This document shows, in pieces, positions 35,034 through 44,018 of a stretch of DNA of 64,000 bases. Source of the stretch: a virus (lineage: Duplodnaviria > Caudoviricetes); the IMG/VR virus record IMGVR_UViG_2513237087_000004, positions 23,714 to 87,713 of that record; one strand, given 5' to 3'. A program made the position numbers and the translations under genes. Position 1 is the stretch's first letter. The number at the start of each line of letters is the position of its first letter. Under the pieces are notes generated by a model. It ran no database searches and had not been told where the DNA came from. It was given only the letters and a program-made list of their open reading frames with translations.

Positions 35034-35744
35034 AATGGCACCGGATCGCGGTTGTGCATGATTCTGCTCCGCAACGTGGCATCAAGATGCTGACGGGCCG
35101 GATTCATCTGGACAGATCCAGCCCGATCATGTGCGTCAGACTATCGATGGCGCCATTTCGCTGGTCGGACACCACTCCAGGCACGTCGCGCGTACAGATC
35201 ATCCGATGACTTATTTCTGATGTTGTTCAAAAGACTATAACCGTCTTACAGGACACCTTGGAGTTTAGGTGTATCTCTCTTAGCTCACTAGATTGCACGG
35301 GATGGCAGGAAACTCCCGGCGTGCATGCGGGCGCCTGGCCCTTCCGTCATCCCAGCATCTCGGCCGGAACGATCGTCATGCACGTCGGGGTCCCTGCCAC
35401 AGCTCAGCTCGCTGAGTTGCTTTCGCTGCTGGCGAGCCACAGCCCTATGGGGCGCATCGCTGTGGCCTGACTCCGAATTCGTCCGCCGCGCCCTGCGTCG
35501 GGATCGCCCGCTTCGTTACGGGCTGAGCTCTGATCCGTCCCTTTTTCAGCCAGCGCCTCGGTAGCTCAAGCATCTCCCCAGCCCTACACAGCCGGCACCC
35601 AACGCGGGGGAGAGAGGACGATTTTGTCGATCAGGCTTGGGCTTTTGACCCAGGCGGGATCCGCATCGTCCAGCTTCAGGGGTAGCCCCAGTCGATGGCT
35701 CGCTGCCGAATCGTCCCAGAGCACAGTACGCACATCGCTCAAAA

Positions 35745-35790
35745 ATCGCTACATGGCGTGTTGACATAAATCGCTACACTGCGTAGCGTT
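35745..35790 (+). promoter_or_regulatory. PL promoter with two overlapping operators (OL)
   Basis: TTGACA (35761-35766)-17 bp-TAGCGT (35784-35789); operators ATCGCTACATGGCGTGTTGAC (35745) and ATCGCTACACTGCGTAGCGTT (35770). Confidence 0.85.
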
Positions 35791-35822
35791 CGACCATCCA
35801 AGGGCAATGGATGGGGGTCGAG

Positions 35823-36020
35823 ATGAACGAAATCCTTCGGCAGATCCGGCGAGTGAAGGCCAAGGCCCGCACCGCCCATTACGACCGCCAGCGGGCCGAG
35901 GCCCGGTGCCACGGTCAGAAGCCGAGCAAGCGCACCCTGCGCATCCGGCATGCCCTCCAGAAGATCGAGGACGAGATCTTCGACCTCCAGGCCGACCTCG
36001 GCCAGGGTTGGCTGGCGTGA
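35823..36020 (+). CDS. First early-left gene, small basic protein (N position)
   Basis: Arg/Lys-rich 65 aa just after PL. Confidence 0.6.
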   Translation: MNEILRQIRRVKAKARTAHYDRQRAEARCHGQKPSKRTLRIRHALQKIEDEIFDLQADLGQGWLA

Positions 36021-36214
36021 GCGCCGTCCAGGCCACGCGGCCCCACTCCACCGCCACCGCGCGGCGGCCCCGCCCCGGGGCTCTGCCGGATCTGCACCAG
36101 ACCGAGGTCGCCCGTATCCTGGCCGCCGCCGTGGCGGCGCCGATGACCGAGGCGGAGTTGCGCGAGAACGACCGCTACGAAAACACCGCCCACACCTTGT
36201 GGGGGGCATGGTGA
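36017..36214 (+). CDS. Small hypothetical protein
   Basis: GTGA/TGATG coupling. Confidence 0.55.
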   Translation: MSAVQATRPHSTATARRPRPGALPDLHQTEVARILAAAVAAPMTEAELRENDRYENTAHTLWGAW

Positions 36215-36999
36215 TGCGAGTGTCCCAGGAACATCTGGCGCTGCTCAGCGTCTCCGAGATGAGCGGATCCGAGTTGCGCCTCTCGGGACAACTGGATCGC
36301 CAGACCTATATCGCCCTCGACAAGGTCCTGAAGGCCGCCGGCGGAAAATGGGACCGAAAGGCCAAGGGCCACGTCTTCGACGGCGATGCCGCCGATGCGA
36401 TCGAACCGATCCTGCTGACCGGCGAAGTCCAACGGGTGAAACAGGACTTCGGGCAGTTCGACACGCCGCCGGCGCTCGCCGCACGGTTGGTTGCCTTGGC
36501 GAAGATCGAGGCGGGCATGAAGGTGCTCGAGCCGAGCGCCGGAATTGGCAACATCGCCCTCGCCGCCGCGGCGTTCGGCGCGATGGTCATGTGCTACGAG
36601 ATCGACGCCAAGCGCTGCGATGCGCTCGCGAAGGCAAGCGGCCGCGCCTTGTATTGCCTCGACATGGTGGTCCATCGCGACTTCCTCGGCGCCGATCCCG
36701 CGCCGGTCTATGACCGCGTGGTGATGAACCCACCGTTCGCGCGCCAGGCCGACATCGACCATGTGCGGCATGCAGCCAAGTTCCTGAAGCCCGGCGGCCG
36801 CCTCGTCGCGATCATGAGCGCCGGCATCTCCTTCCCAGGTGATCTCAAGGCCACGGCATTTCGCGAGTTCGTCGCCGAGCGCGGCGGCACGATCGCGGGC
36901 CTGCCGGCAGATTCCTTCAAGGCGGCAGGCACCAGCGTGAACACGGCCCTGGTTTTGTTCGATGCGCCGGCCTCGGTGCTCAACGCGAAGGGAGCCTGA
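36214..36999 (+). CDS. N6-adenine DNA methyltransferase-like protein
   Basis: FDTP, VLEPSAGIG, YDRVVMNPPF; N-terminal AAGGKWDRKAKGHVF. Confidence 0.85.
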   Translation: MRVSQEHLALLSVSEMSGSELRLSGQLDRQTYIALDKVLKAAGGKWDRKAKGHVFDGDAADAIEPILLTGEVQRVKQDFGQFDTPPALAARLVALAKIEAGMKVLEPSAGIGNIALAAAAFGAMVMCYEIDAKRCDALAKASGRALYCLDMVVHRDFLGADPAPVYDRVVMNPPFARQADIDHVRHAAKFLKPGGRLVAIMSAGISFPGDLKATAFREFVAERGGTIAGLPADSFKAAGTSVNTALVLFDAPASVLNAKGA

Positions 37000-37001
37000 T
37001 C

Positions 37002-37271
37002 GTGATGGGCTCGAAAGACAACCAGGGCGGCACCGCCTTCCCGATCGGGCAGGTGCTCCGCGATACCTACGGCGACAACGACACGAAGCACGTGACGCGG
37101 GTCGGCACCAACAAGCGCACGATCCGGATCATCGGCATCGAATCCGACGGGCGCTACCTCGCCGAGACGCTCACCGACATGCATGGCACCGCGCTGGATC
37201 ACCCCCGCAAGACGCGGGTGAGTGAGAAGACCTTGCGCGCCGGATACGTGCCGATGGTGGAGGGCAAGTGA
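37002..37271 (+). CDS. Hypothetical protein
   Basis: 89 aa, in operon. Confidence 0.65.
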   Translation: MMGSKDNQGGTAFPIGQVLRDTYGDNDTKHVTRVGTNKRTIRIIGIESDGRYLAETLTDMHGTALDHPRKTRVSEKTLRAGYVPMVEGK

Positions 37272-37420
37272 TGCGCTCCGCCACCGTCATTCAGTTCCAG
37301 CCGCGCCTGCGCCCCATGCCGTCTCCGGTCGTCCTCGGCCTGCTCTGGTGGGCCACCTCCATCCAGATCGCCATGCTGCCGCTTGCGGTCGCGGCGGCGC
37401 TCACGAAGCGGGAGTGCTGA
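37271..37420 (+). CDS. Small membrane protein (49 aa)
   Basis: Manual translation; TGATG coupling; hydrophobic VVLGLLWWATSIQIAMLPLAVAAAL. Confidence 0.5.
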   Translation: MRSATVIQFQPRLRPMPSPVVLGLLWWATSIQIAMLPLAVAAALTKREC

Positions 37421-37422
37421 CC

Positions 37423-37749
37423 ATGCAGAATCCTTCATGGCTCCCGATCCACGCCGTGCCGACCAAGATGGGCCGCGCGATGGACCTCGGTGGGGCCGAT
37501 TGCAGCAACGTCGGCATCATGTTCGGGCCGACGCTGGGCGGCGAAGCCGACTTCAGGGAGAAGGCGGACTTTATCGTTCAGGCGACCAATTCCTACGCCG
37601 ATCTGATCGACACGCTCCAGCGCCTATCCGCGCTCTCCCCCGTGGCCGCGAATGCCCGCACCGCGTTGGACCTTCACAAGACCGTCAAGGTCATTGCGGA
37701 CTGCGCCATTGAAAGGGCTTCAGTTCTCTCAAAGGCGGAGATCCGGTGA
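37423..37749 (+). CDS. Hypothetical protein
   Basis: GGAG RBS; KADFIVQATNSYADL. Confidence 0.65.
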   Translation: MQNPSWLPIHAVPTKMGRAMDLGGADCSNVGIMFGPTLGGEADFREKADFIVQATNSYADLIDTLQRLSALSPVAANARTALDLHKTVKVIADCAIERASVLSKAEIR

Positions 37750-37982
37750 TGCGCCGGCCGAGCCAGACCGCGATGGCGAAGCAGTGTGACCACTTCAACA
37801 CCCGGCATCCTGTGGGATCGAAGGTGCGGGTGTGGACCGGCCTCCTGCATGACGGGCCGGGCAAGGTCGTCGAGGTCGCCTTGCCCGGCGCCTATGTCCT
37901 CAGCGGGCACACCGCCGTGGTCCAAGTCATCGGCGGGGGCGGCTGCGTCGCGCTCTCCCACGTTGAGCCGGCGGAGGTCTGA
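37746..37982 (+). CDS. Conserved phage hypothetical protein
   Basis: FNTRHPVGSKVRVW...AYVLSGHTAVVQV...CVALSHV. Confidence 0.7.
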   Translation: MMRRPSQTAMAKQCDHFNTRHPVGSKVRVWTGLLHDGPGKVVEVALPGAYVLSGHTAVVQVIGGGGCVALSHVEPAEV

Positions 37983-38129
37983 ATGGATCTCGTCATCATC
38001 GTCGTCCTGGCGGTCATCGCGATCTGCACGAGCATCGCAGCGCTCGGTTTCCTGACGGCGTGGTTCGTCGACTGCCTCCTCAAGGCGCGCCGCCAGCCCG
38101 ACGGCAGCGACGATGGGAGCGGCGGCTGA
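37983..38129 (+). CDS. Small single-TM protein (48 aa)
   Basis: MDLVIIVVLAVIAICTSIAALGFLTAWFV. Confidence 0.55.
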   Translation: MDLVIIVVLAVIAICTSIAALGFLTAWFVDCLLKARRQPDGSDDGSGG

Positions 38130-38317
38130 TGAACACCCCGCTCCTCGACGACTTGGCGATCCCGATCCTGGTGATGGGGGAGCCGCGCATTCCGACATCG
38201 TGCTTCGCGCTCGCCGAGCAGGCGCTGCGAGACACCGCCACCACGATCGCCAAGGTGCAGTCGTTCCTCGCTGCCCACGAGCTCAAGAGAAAGGGATCCC
38301 GATATGCCCGGCCTTGA
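38129..38317 (+). CDS. Small hypothetical protein
   Basis: TGATG coupling. Confidence 0.5.
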   Translation: MNTPLLDDLAIPILVMGEPRIPTSCFALAEQALRDTATTIAKVQSFLAAHELKRKGSRYARP

Positions 38318-38741
38318 TGCCCTGATCTCCAATCCCGTCACGACCGCCGTCGCTTATGTCGTCGTCGCGCTGCTCGGCGTCTTTCTCGGGCTGTGGCGGA
38401 AGTGGAGCGTCAATACCGAGCTCCGCCACATGGTCGAGGAACAGCAGACGCTGATCGCGGACCTCGAGACGGCGCTCGACCTGGAGCGGTCGATGACACC
38501 GCCCATTGCATCCCAGCGCCCGACCTTCAGTGCCATCTCGCTTGGCGGCGCGGTCGCTGCGGTTGTTGAGCAGATGCCCCTGGACGAAGCGGCCCGCCGC
38601 GCCGCCGCGGCCGCCGAACTTCGACAGCGCGCGAACCGGCTCGTCAGCGAGGCGCTCGGGTTCCTCAAGGAGGCCGAAGCCTTCGAACGGAATGCACCGG
38701 ACGCCGATCCTGCCGTCGAAGACCTGCGCGCCGCCGAATAG
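38304..38741 (+). CDS. Membrane-anchored coiled-coil protein
   Basis: N-terminal TM then coiled coil. Confidence 0.6.
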   Translation: MPGLDALISNPVTTAVAYVVVALLGVFLGLWRKWSVNTELRHMVEEQQTLIADLETALDLERSMTPPIASQRPTFSAISLGGAVAAVVEQMPLDEAARRAAAAAELRQRANRLVSEALGFLKEAEAFERNAPDADPAVEDLRAAE

Positions 38742-38777
38742 CGCCCCTCCCCCGAAATCGAATCCCGAGGACGCCCC

Positions 38778-40112
38778 ATGAAAATCCTTCGCCTCTTGAT
38801 CAACGACATCAAGCGCATCGTCGTCGCGGACATCTCGCCCGACGGCCACCTGGTTCAGCTCACCGGCAAGAACGGCTCCGGCAAGACGTCCTGCCTGGAT
38901 GCGCTGTGGTGGGCCATCGAAGGCGCGCGGCACATCCAGGCCGAGCCGATCCGGCATGGCGCCGACAGCGGGAAGATCGTCCTCGCCCTGGGCGACAAGC
39001 ACGTGGAGATGACGGTCACGCGGACCTTCAGCCGGAAGAAGGACCCCGAGACGGGGGAGGAGCTGAAGCCGACCACGACGTTGAAGGTCGAGGCGGAGAG
39101 CGGCGCGCGGTTCCAGTCCGGGCAGGCCGTCATGGATGCCTTGGTCGGCGCTCTGACCATGGACCCGCTGGAGTTCCTCCGCAGCAAGCCCCAGGACCAG
39201 TTCAAGACGCTGCGCCAGTTCGTGCAGGGCGTGGACTTCGAGGAGATCGACCGCCAGAACAAGGCCGACTTCGATAACCGCACCGACATCAACCGGAGCG
39301 CCAAGAACCTCCGGGCGCAGGCCGTGGGCATCGACGTGCCGGCCGGCACCCCGCAGGAGCGTGTCGACACCGCGGCCCTCGTGGAGGAACTGGACCAGGC
39401 CGGCGTCCACAACACGTTGATCGAGACCCGCAAGGCCCGGCGGGAGCAGGCCGCCGCCGACATCGTGCGGCAGTCCGAGATCGCGGCCGGATACCGGGAT
39501 CATGCCGCCGAGCTGCGGCGCCAGGCGGATGAGGAAGATCGGAAGGCCGTGGAGCATGAAGCCTCGGTCGCTGACCTGCGCTTGAAGTTCGAGAGCGCGG
39601 AGCCGCTCCCCGAGCCCGTCGACACGACGTCGATCCGCCAGAAGATCGAGGCCGCCGCGCAGATCAATTCCGCCGTCGATGCGCGGACGCGGCGGCAGGA
39701 TCTGGAGGCCAAGGCCGCCAGCCTCGAGGAGGAGTCCATCCGGCTGACCAAGGTCATGGAGGACCGCAAGGAGGGCGTGAAGGAGATCATCGCCGCGTCT
39801 GACATGCCGGTCCCCGGTATCGAGTTCGGTGACGGGTTTGTCCTTCTGAACGGCGTTCCTTTCGAACAGGCCTGCGATGCCCAGCAACTGCGCGCCAGCA
39901 TCGCCATCGCCATGGCCATGAGCCCGAAGCTGCGCGTCATTCGTGTCCGCGACGGCGATCGGCTCGACGACGATGGCATGCAGATCCTGCGGGAGATGGC
40001 TGAGAAGCACGACTTCCAGATCTGGATGGAACAGGTCAGGGGCGCCGGCCCGGCGGCCGTGGTGTTCGAGGACGGGACTGTGAAGGCCCCGGCCCTCCAG
40101 GCGGCGGAGTGA
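38778..40112 (+). CDS. Rad50/SMC-like AAA ATPase
   Basis: LTGKNGSGKTS Walker A, long coiled coil, C-terminal VRDGDRLD. Confidence 0.85.
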   Translation: MKILRLLINDIKRIVVADISPDGHLVQLTGKNGSGKTSCLDALWWAIEGARHIQAEPIRHGADSGKIVLALGDKHVEMTVTRTFSRKKDPETGEELKPTTTLKVEAESGARFQSGQAVMDALVGALTMDPLEFLRSKPQDQFKTLRQFVQGVDFEEIDRQNKADFDNRTDINRSAKNLRAQAVGIDVPAGTPQERVDTAALVEELDQAGVHNTLIETRKARREQAAADIVRQSEIAAGYRDHAAELRRQADEEDRKAVEHEASVADLRLKFESAEPLPEPVDTTSIRQKIEAAAQINSAVDARTRRQDLEAKAASLEEESIRLTKVMEDRKEGVKEIIAASDMPVPGIEFGDGFVLLNGVPFEQACDAQQLRASIAIAMAMSPKLRVIRVRDGDRLDDDGMQILREMAEKHDFQIWMEQVRGAGPAAVVFEDGTVKAPALQAAE

Positions 40113-40639
40113 CATCCATGCGCACCGACGACGAGATCATCGCCAGGGTCAAGGCCATCACGCCTCTGGATCACTTTGGCTTCAAGGCGAGCGACCTCGT
40201 CGCGACGCTCCCTTTCGAGACCGCATCGCAGTTCCTGGACCGGAATGCCAATGCCTGGTCATGGGAGCAGGCCCCGCGCGATGCCGACGCCGTGCTGGCT
40301 CGCATCGTGAGCTATCTGCCTTTCGCCTGGCGCAACGCCAACAACCGCCGCGGACTTTCCGCTATGCGGTCCCTGGATCACATGACCGCGTGGCTCTGGC
40401 TCCTCGGGCACGACGTCGATCTCGGCCGCTACACCCATTACGGGAAGCCGCAGCTCCGGGCGATCTCCGAGGCGGTCGGTTTCGACTGGGCCGCTCACGA
40501 CGACGGCAACTGGACCAACAATGAGCTCGAGTCCGGTGCCGTCTTGCCGGCCGCCGATATCGGCTTGCCGAGCCTGATGACGAACTCCGTCGTGAAGCCC
40601 CAGTCGCTCAGCGAGAGCACGGAGGGCGGCGAACAGTGA
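40109..40639 (+). CDS. Conserved phage hypothetical protein
   Basis: YLPFAWRNANNRRGLSAMRS...YGKPQLRAI. Confidence 0.7.
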   Translation: MTSMRTDDEIIARVKAITPLDHFGFKASDLVATLPFETASQFLDRNANAWSWEQAPRDADAVLARIVSYLPFAWRNANNRRGLSAMRSLDHMTAWLWLLGHDVDLGRYTHYGKPQLRAISEAVGFDWAAHDDGNWTNNELESGAVLPAADIGLPSLMTNSVVKPQSLSESTEGGEQ

Positions 40640-40872
40640 CCGGCATCTATCTCCCCCTGGCGCGGCCGGCATTGCGCGACGACGAGCACGTATCGATCCG
40701 AGCCGAGCGCCTGGACTGGGGCAACCGCAGCATCCGGCTCCGCCTGGAGGACGGCCGCAGCGTCGAGATGGCGTTGTGCGGCATCGAGGTCTCGCCAGTC
40801 GATGGCGAGCCCTATCTCGTCATCATCGACATGACGGCGGGCCGTGCCAGGGCGGAAGGGATCCTTCGGTGA
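40636..40872 (+). CDS. Hypothetical protein
   Basis: Coupled on both sides. Confidence 0.55.
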   Translation: MTGIYLPLARPALRDDEHVSIRAERLDWGNRSIRLRLEDGRSVEMALCGIEVSPVDGEPYLVIIDMTAGRARAEGILR

Positions 40873-41096
40873 CGCAGATCGTCCCTCCCCGCTCCATCGA
40901 CGCCGAAGGCCGGTGCTGTGGTCGAAAGCCCATCGCCTACATGCGCGCTGGCGGTCCGCACTTCTTCTGCCCGCGGTGCGATGGAGCCTTTGATCTGAAG
41001 GACGGCCGGCAGATCCCGAACTGGGCCTGGAAGCCGATGCATGGAGGCTTCATCGCCACCTATCCCGAATCCGAAGCTGCCAAGAGGTTCGCATGA
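40869..41096 (+). CDS. Small Zn-binding hypothetical protein
   Basis: CCGRKP...CPRC...NWAW. Confidence 0.6.
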   Translation: MTQIVPPRSIDAEGRCCGRKPIAYMRAGGPHFFCPRCDGAFDLKDGRQIPNWAWKPMHGGFIATYPESEAAKRFA

Positions 41097-42016
41097 TCGA
41101 GGTCCGCACCATCGCCCCGGGCAAGAAGATCGCCGAGGCCGGCGTCTATGACCTGCCCATGGAGGACTACCATGCGCAGCCCTGCGACGGGCCGTCGGTG
41201 TCGTCTTCTGGCCTCCGTACCGTCTTCTCCGTGAGCCCGGCGCACTTCTGGGCGGAGTCGTCGCTCAATCCGAACCGTGATGAGCAGAAGGACAAGGGTC
41301 ACTTCGCGCTCGGCCGGGCGGCGCACCACTTGATCTTGGGCGAGGCCGATTTCCGAAGGATCTTCTCGGTCCGGCCTTCAGAGTTCCCGGACTGGCGCAC
41401 CAAGGCGTCCCAGGAGTGGAAGGCCAAGCAGGCGCTGGAACGCAAGACCGTGCTGGTCCCCGCGGATCTGGACCTGATCAGCGGCATGGCAGGGAGCCTC
41501 GCCACCCACCCTCTGGTGCAGCACGGCATCCTCAACGGCGAGATCGAACGTTCGCTGCTGTGGCGCGACCCTGAAACCGGCATCTGGCTGAAGTCTCGGC
41601 CCGACGCGATCCCGACGGACTCCGGCGACTTCTCCGATCTGAAGACGACCACGAGCGTCGCGCCGGACGACATCCAGCGCACCATTGGCGACTACCGATA
41701 CGACATGCAGGCCGCCGTCGTGCGCCGCGCCGCGCGGGAAGTACTCGGCGTGGAGATGGTGAGCTTCAACCTCGTCTTCGTCGAGAAGACTGCGCCGTTC
41801 TGTGTGTCGGTCGTCGAGATCCCTCCCGCCGACATCGACATGGCCGATATCGACCTTCAGGTGGCGCTGCGCACCATCGCGCACTGCCTGGAAACCGGGA
41901 AGTGGCCCGGCCCCGGCGGGACGCAGTCCGATGCCCGCTCGATCTACATCTCCGACTGGATGCGGAAGCGCAACGAAGCCCGCCGCGCCTTCCTGGAACA
42001 GGAGCTCGCATCGTGA
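41093..42016 (+). CDS. recE: RecE/ExoVIII-like PD-(D/E)XK exonuclease
   Basis: SVSSSGL, GRAAHHLILGE, ERSLLWRD, KSRPD, DLKTT, YDMQAA. Confidence 0.88.
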   Translation: MIEVRTIAPGKKIAEAGVYDLPMEDYHAQPCDGPSVSSSGLRTVFSVSPAHFWAESSLNPNRDEQKDKGHFALGRAAHHLILGEADFRRIFSVRPSEFPDWRTKASQEWKAKQALERKTVLVPADLDLISGMAGSLATHPLVQHGILNGEIERSLLWRDPETGIWLKSRPDAIPTDSGDFSDLKTTTSVAPDDIQRTIGDYRYDMQAAVVRRAAREVLGVEMVSFNLVFVEKTAPFCVSVVEIPPADIDMADIDLQVALRTIAHCLETGKWPGPGGTQSDARSIYISDWMRKRNEARRAFLEQELAS

Positions 42017-43422
42017 GCCAGGACGTCGCCATGACCGAGCGCCCGCGGCGCGCCGAACGCCCTCAGGTTATCGACGCTGTGCCCATGCTGGACACCGCGA
42101 TGTTCGAACAGATGCAGCGCATCGCGACGATCATGGCGCAATCGTCCCTGATCCCAGAGTCCCTCTACATGACGGGGCCGAAGCGGGAGCGGGTACGGTT
42201 GCCATACGAGAGCGTCTTTGCGAACTGCTTCCTGGTGGTGAACCAAGCTTTCCGATGGGGAATGGATCCTTTTGCGGTCGCCCAATGCGTGTCAGTCGTG
42301 CATGGCCGGCTTTGCTACGAAGGCAAGCTCATCGCGGCCGTTATCGAGAGCAAGGCGGGTGTCCGCCTCCACCATTACTTCAATGGCCAAGGCGAACAGC
42401 AGCGGATCTGGCTCACAGACGTCGCACTCACCGAGCAGCAGGAGAAGGAACTCGTCCCCGGTGCGCAGATCCGCGGCGTGCGGATGCTGGACGGCTCCGT
42501 CGCTGAATGGAAGACCACCGGGGACGGCTCACCCTGGACTCCCAATGCCTATAGGCGCCAGCTCATCTATCGCGGCACGCGGGATTGGACGCGAATCAAC
42601 GAGCCCGCCCTATTGCTCGGCGTCTATTCCGATGACGAGCTACAGGATCTCGCCGACGACGCCCGCGCCCGACGCGCCGCGGTCATCGGCGGGGCTGAAG
42701 CCAGCGGATTGGCCGCGCGCCTTCAGCAGTCGCAGGCCGCCGCCCTGCCGTCCCCAGGCCTCAACGCCGGCTTCTCGATGGACAAGATCCAGCGCGAGAT
42801 GGAAACGGTCGGCCGGAGCGAGACCAGCGCGGCGGCCAACACGCGCACGGCTGAGCCCGCCAGGAATCCCGAAGGCGTGCGGGACAACTTCGCCGGCGGC
42901 ACCGCCAACACGAAGCCGGCGTCCACTAGCACGGGAGGCGATCATGTGAAGGACCAGGCCCTCGCCGGTGCAAGCCGGCCGTCCAGCGGCCAGGACAACG
43001 GAAGCACGCAAACGTCTGCGGATCCTGGCGTGACTTCGGCAGGTGGAGAGCAACCCGCCACAGCTTCTGAGATCTCGCCGACCGCCATCGGCGAGACGGA
43101 GGACGGGAACGCATCGCGGCCAACTGCCCCCCTGGCCGATGCTGACCCGTCCTCCACCCCCTCCATGACCGCGGAGATGTTCAGCGCCTACTCCCTGGCG
43201 CTGGCCCGGGCGACCAAGAAGGTCAGCCTGACCAACTTCGGCCAGAAGGCCGGGGAAGCAATCATCGCCAGCCTGCGAGGTCAGCCCGGCGCGGCTGATA
43301 TGGGGGTGGTCCGCCAGATCTTCGCCCTTCACGAGCGGCGGATCGAAGGCTCCATCGCGGCTGCGGAGATTGCGGACCTCGTCGACGGCCTGGTCGAGCA
43401 GCACCTCGGAGGTGTCGCGTGA
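42013..43422 (+). CDS. recT: RecT-like ssDNA annealing protein with long low-complexity C-terminus
   Basis: NCFLVVNQAFRWGMDPFAVAQ...GRLCYEGKLI...LLGVYSDDEL; follows RecE. Confidence 0.75.
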   Translation: MSQDVAMTERPRRAERPQVIDAVPMLDTAMFEQMQRIATIMAQSSLIPESLYMTGPKRERVRLPYESVFANCFLVVNQAFRWGMDPFAVAQCVSVVHGRLCYEGKLIAAVIESKAGVRLHHYFNGQGEQQRIWLTDVALTEQQEKELVPGAQIRGVRMLDGSVAEWKTTGDGSPWTPNAYRRQLIYRGTRDWTRINEPALLLGVYSDDELQDLADDARARRAAVIGGAEASGLAARLQQSQAAALPSPGLNAGFSMDKIQREMETVGRSETSAAANTRTAEPARNPEGVRDNFAGGTANTKPASTSTGGDHVKDQALAGASRPSSGQDNGSTQTSADPGVTSAGGEQPATASEISPTAIGETEDGNASRPTAPLADADPSSTPSMTAEMFSAYSLALARATKKVSLTNFGQKAGEAIIASLRGQPGAADMGVVRQIFALHERRIEGSIAAAEIADLVDGLVEQHLGGVA

Positions 43423-44018
43423 CCGCGATCCTCTTCGTGGACTGCGAGACGTCCGACCTGCTCAAGCGCGACTTGGCGCTCGACGACCTGTCGCAGCCCT
43501 GGTGCGTCTCCATCGCCGCCGTGCTCGCGGTGCCGGGCCGCCCAGATCAGGAGATCAACCTCCCGATCCGCGCCGAAGGCCGCAAGATACGCGCCGGCGC
43601 GGAAGCCGTGCACGGTGTGTCGTCCCGCGAGGCGGCCAAGCATGGCGTGCCTGAAGTGGCGGTGCTGGCCGTCCTGTGCTGGCTCGCGGCCCAGGCTGAA
43701 TGCGTGGTCGGGCACGGCATTGGGTTCGACCGGGATGTGGTGACGAGCGTCCTCATGCGTCGGGGCAAGGATTCCCGCCTTTGGACGCGGCCGGGGCTCA
43801 CGTTCCACGACACGATGAAGCTCGCCACGCCTTTCTGCCGGATTCCGTCGGTGTTCGATGACGGCGGGTTCAAGTGGCCGTCGCTCGACGAGGCCAGTTC
43901 CATCCTGCTGGGCGAGCCGCCGCGCGCCGGCGAGCACAGCGCGAAGGACGACCTGCAGCGCACGCGCAGGCTCTGGGCCTGGCTATGCGACCACAACGCC
44001 GTGGAGACCGCAGCATGA
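43419..44018 (+). CDS. DEDDh 3'-5' exonuclease (DnaQ-like)
   Basis: FVDCETS, VGHGIGFD, HDTM, HSAKDD. Confidence 0.85.
   Translation: MTAILFVDCETSDLLKRDLALDDLSQPWCVSIAAVLAVPGRPDQEINLPIRAEGRKIRAGAEAVHGVSSREAAKHGVPEVAVLAVLCWLAAQAECVVGHGIGFDRDVVTSVLMRRGKDSRLWTRPGLTFHDTMKLATPFCRIPSVFDDGGFKWPSLDEASSILLGEPPRAGEHSAKDDLQRTRRLWAWLCDHNAVETAA

Noticed and set aside
35562-35580. GCCTCGGTAGCTCAAG resembling a tRNA 5' end
   Set aside because: No D-loop GG, anticodon arm, TTC-GA T-loop or matching acceptor strand follows
35040-35740. Protein-coding gene or ncRNA between FkbM and PL
   Set aside because: Only short ORFs without RBS or motifs; no structured RNA that I can support
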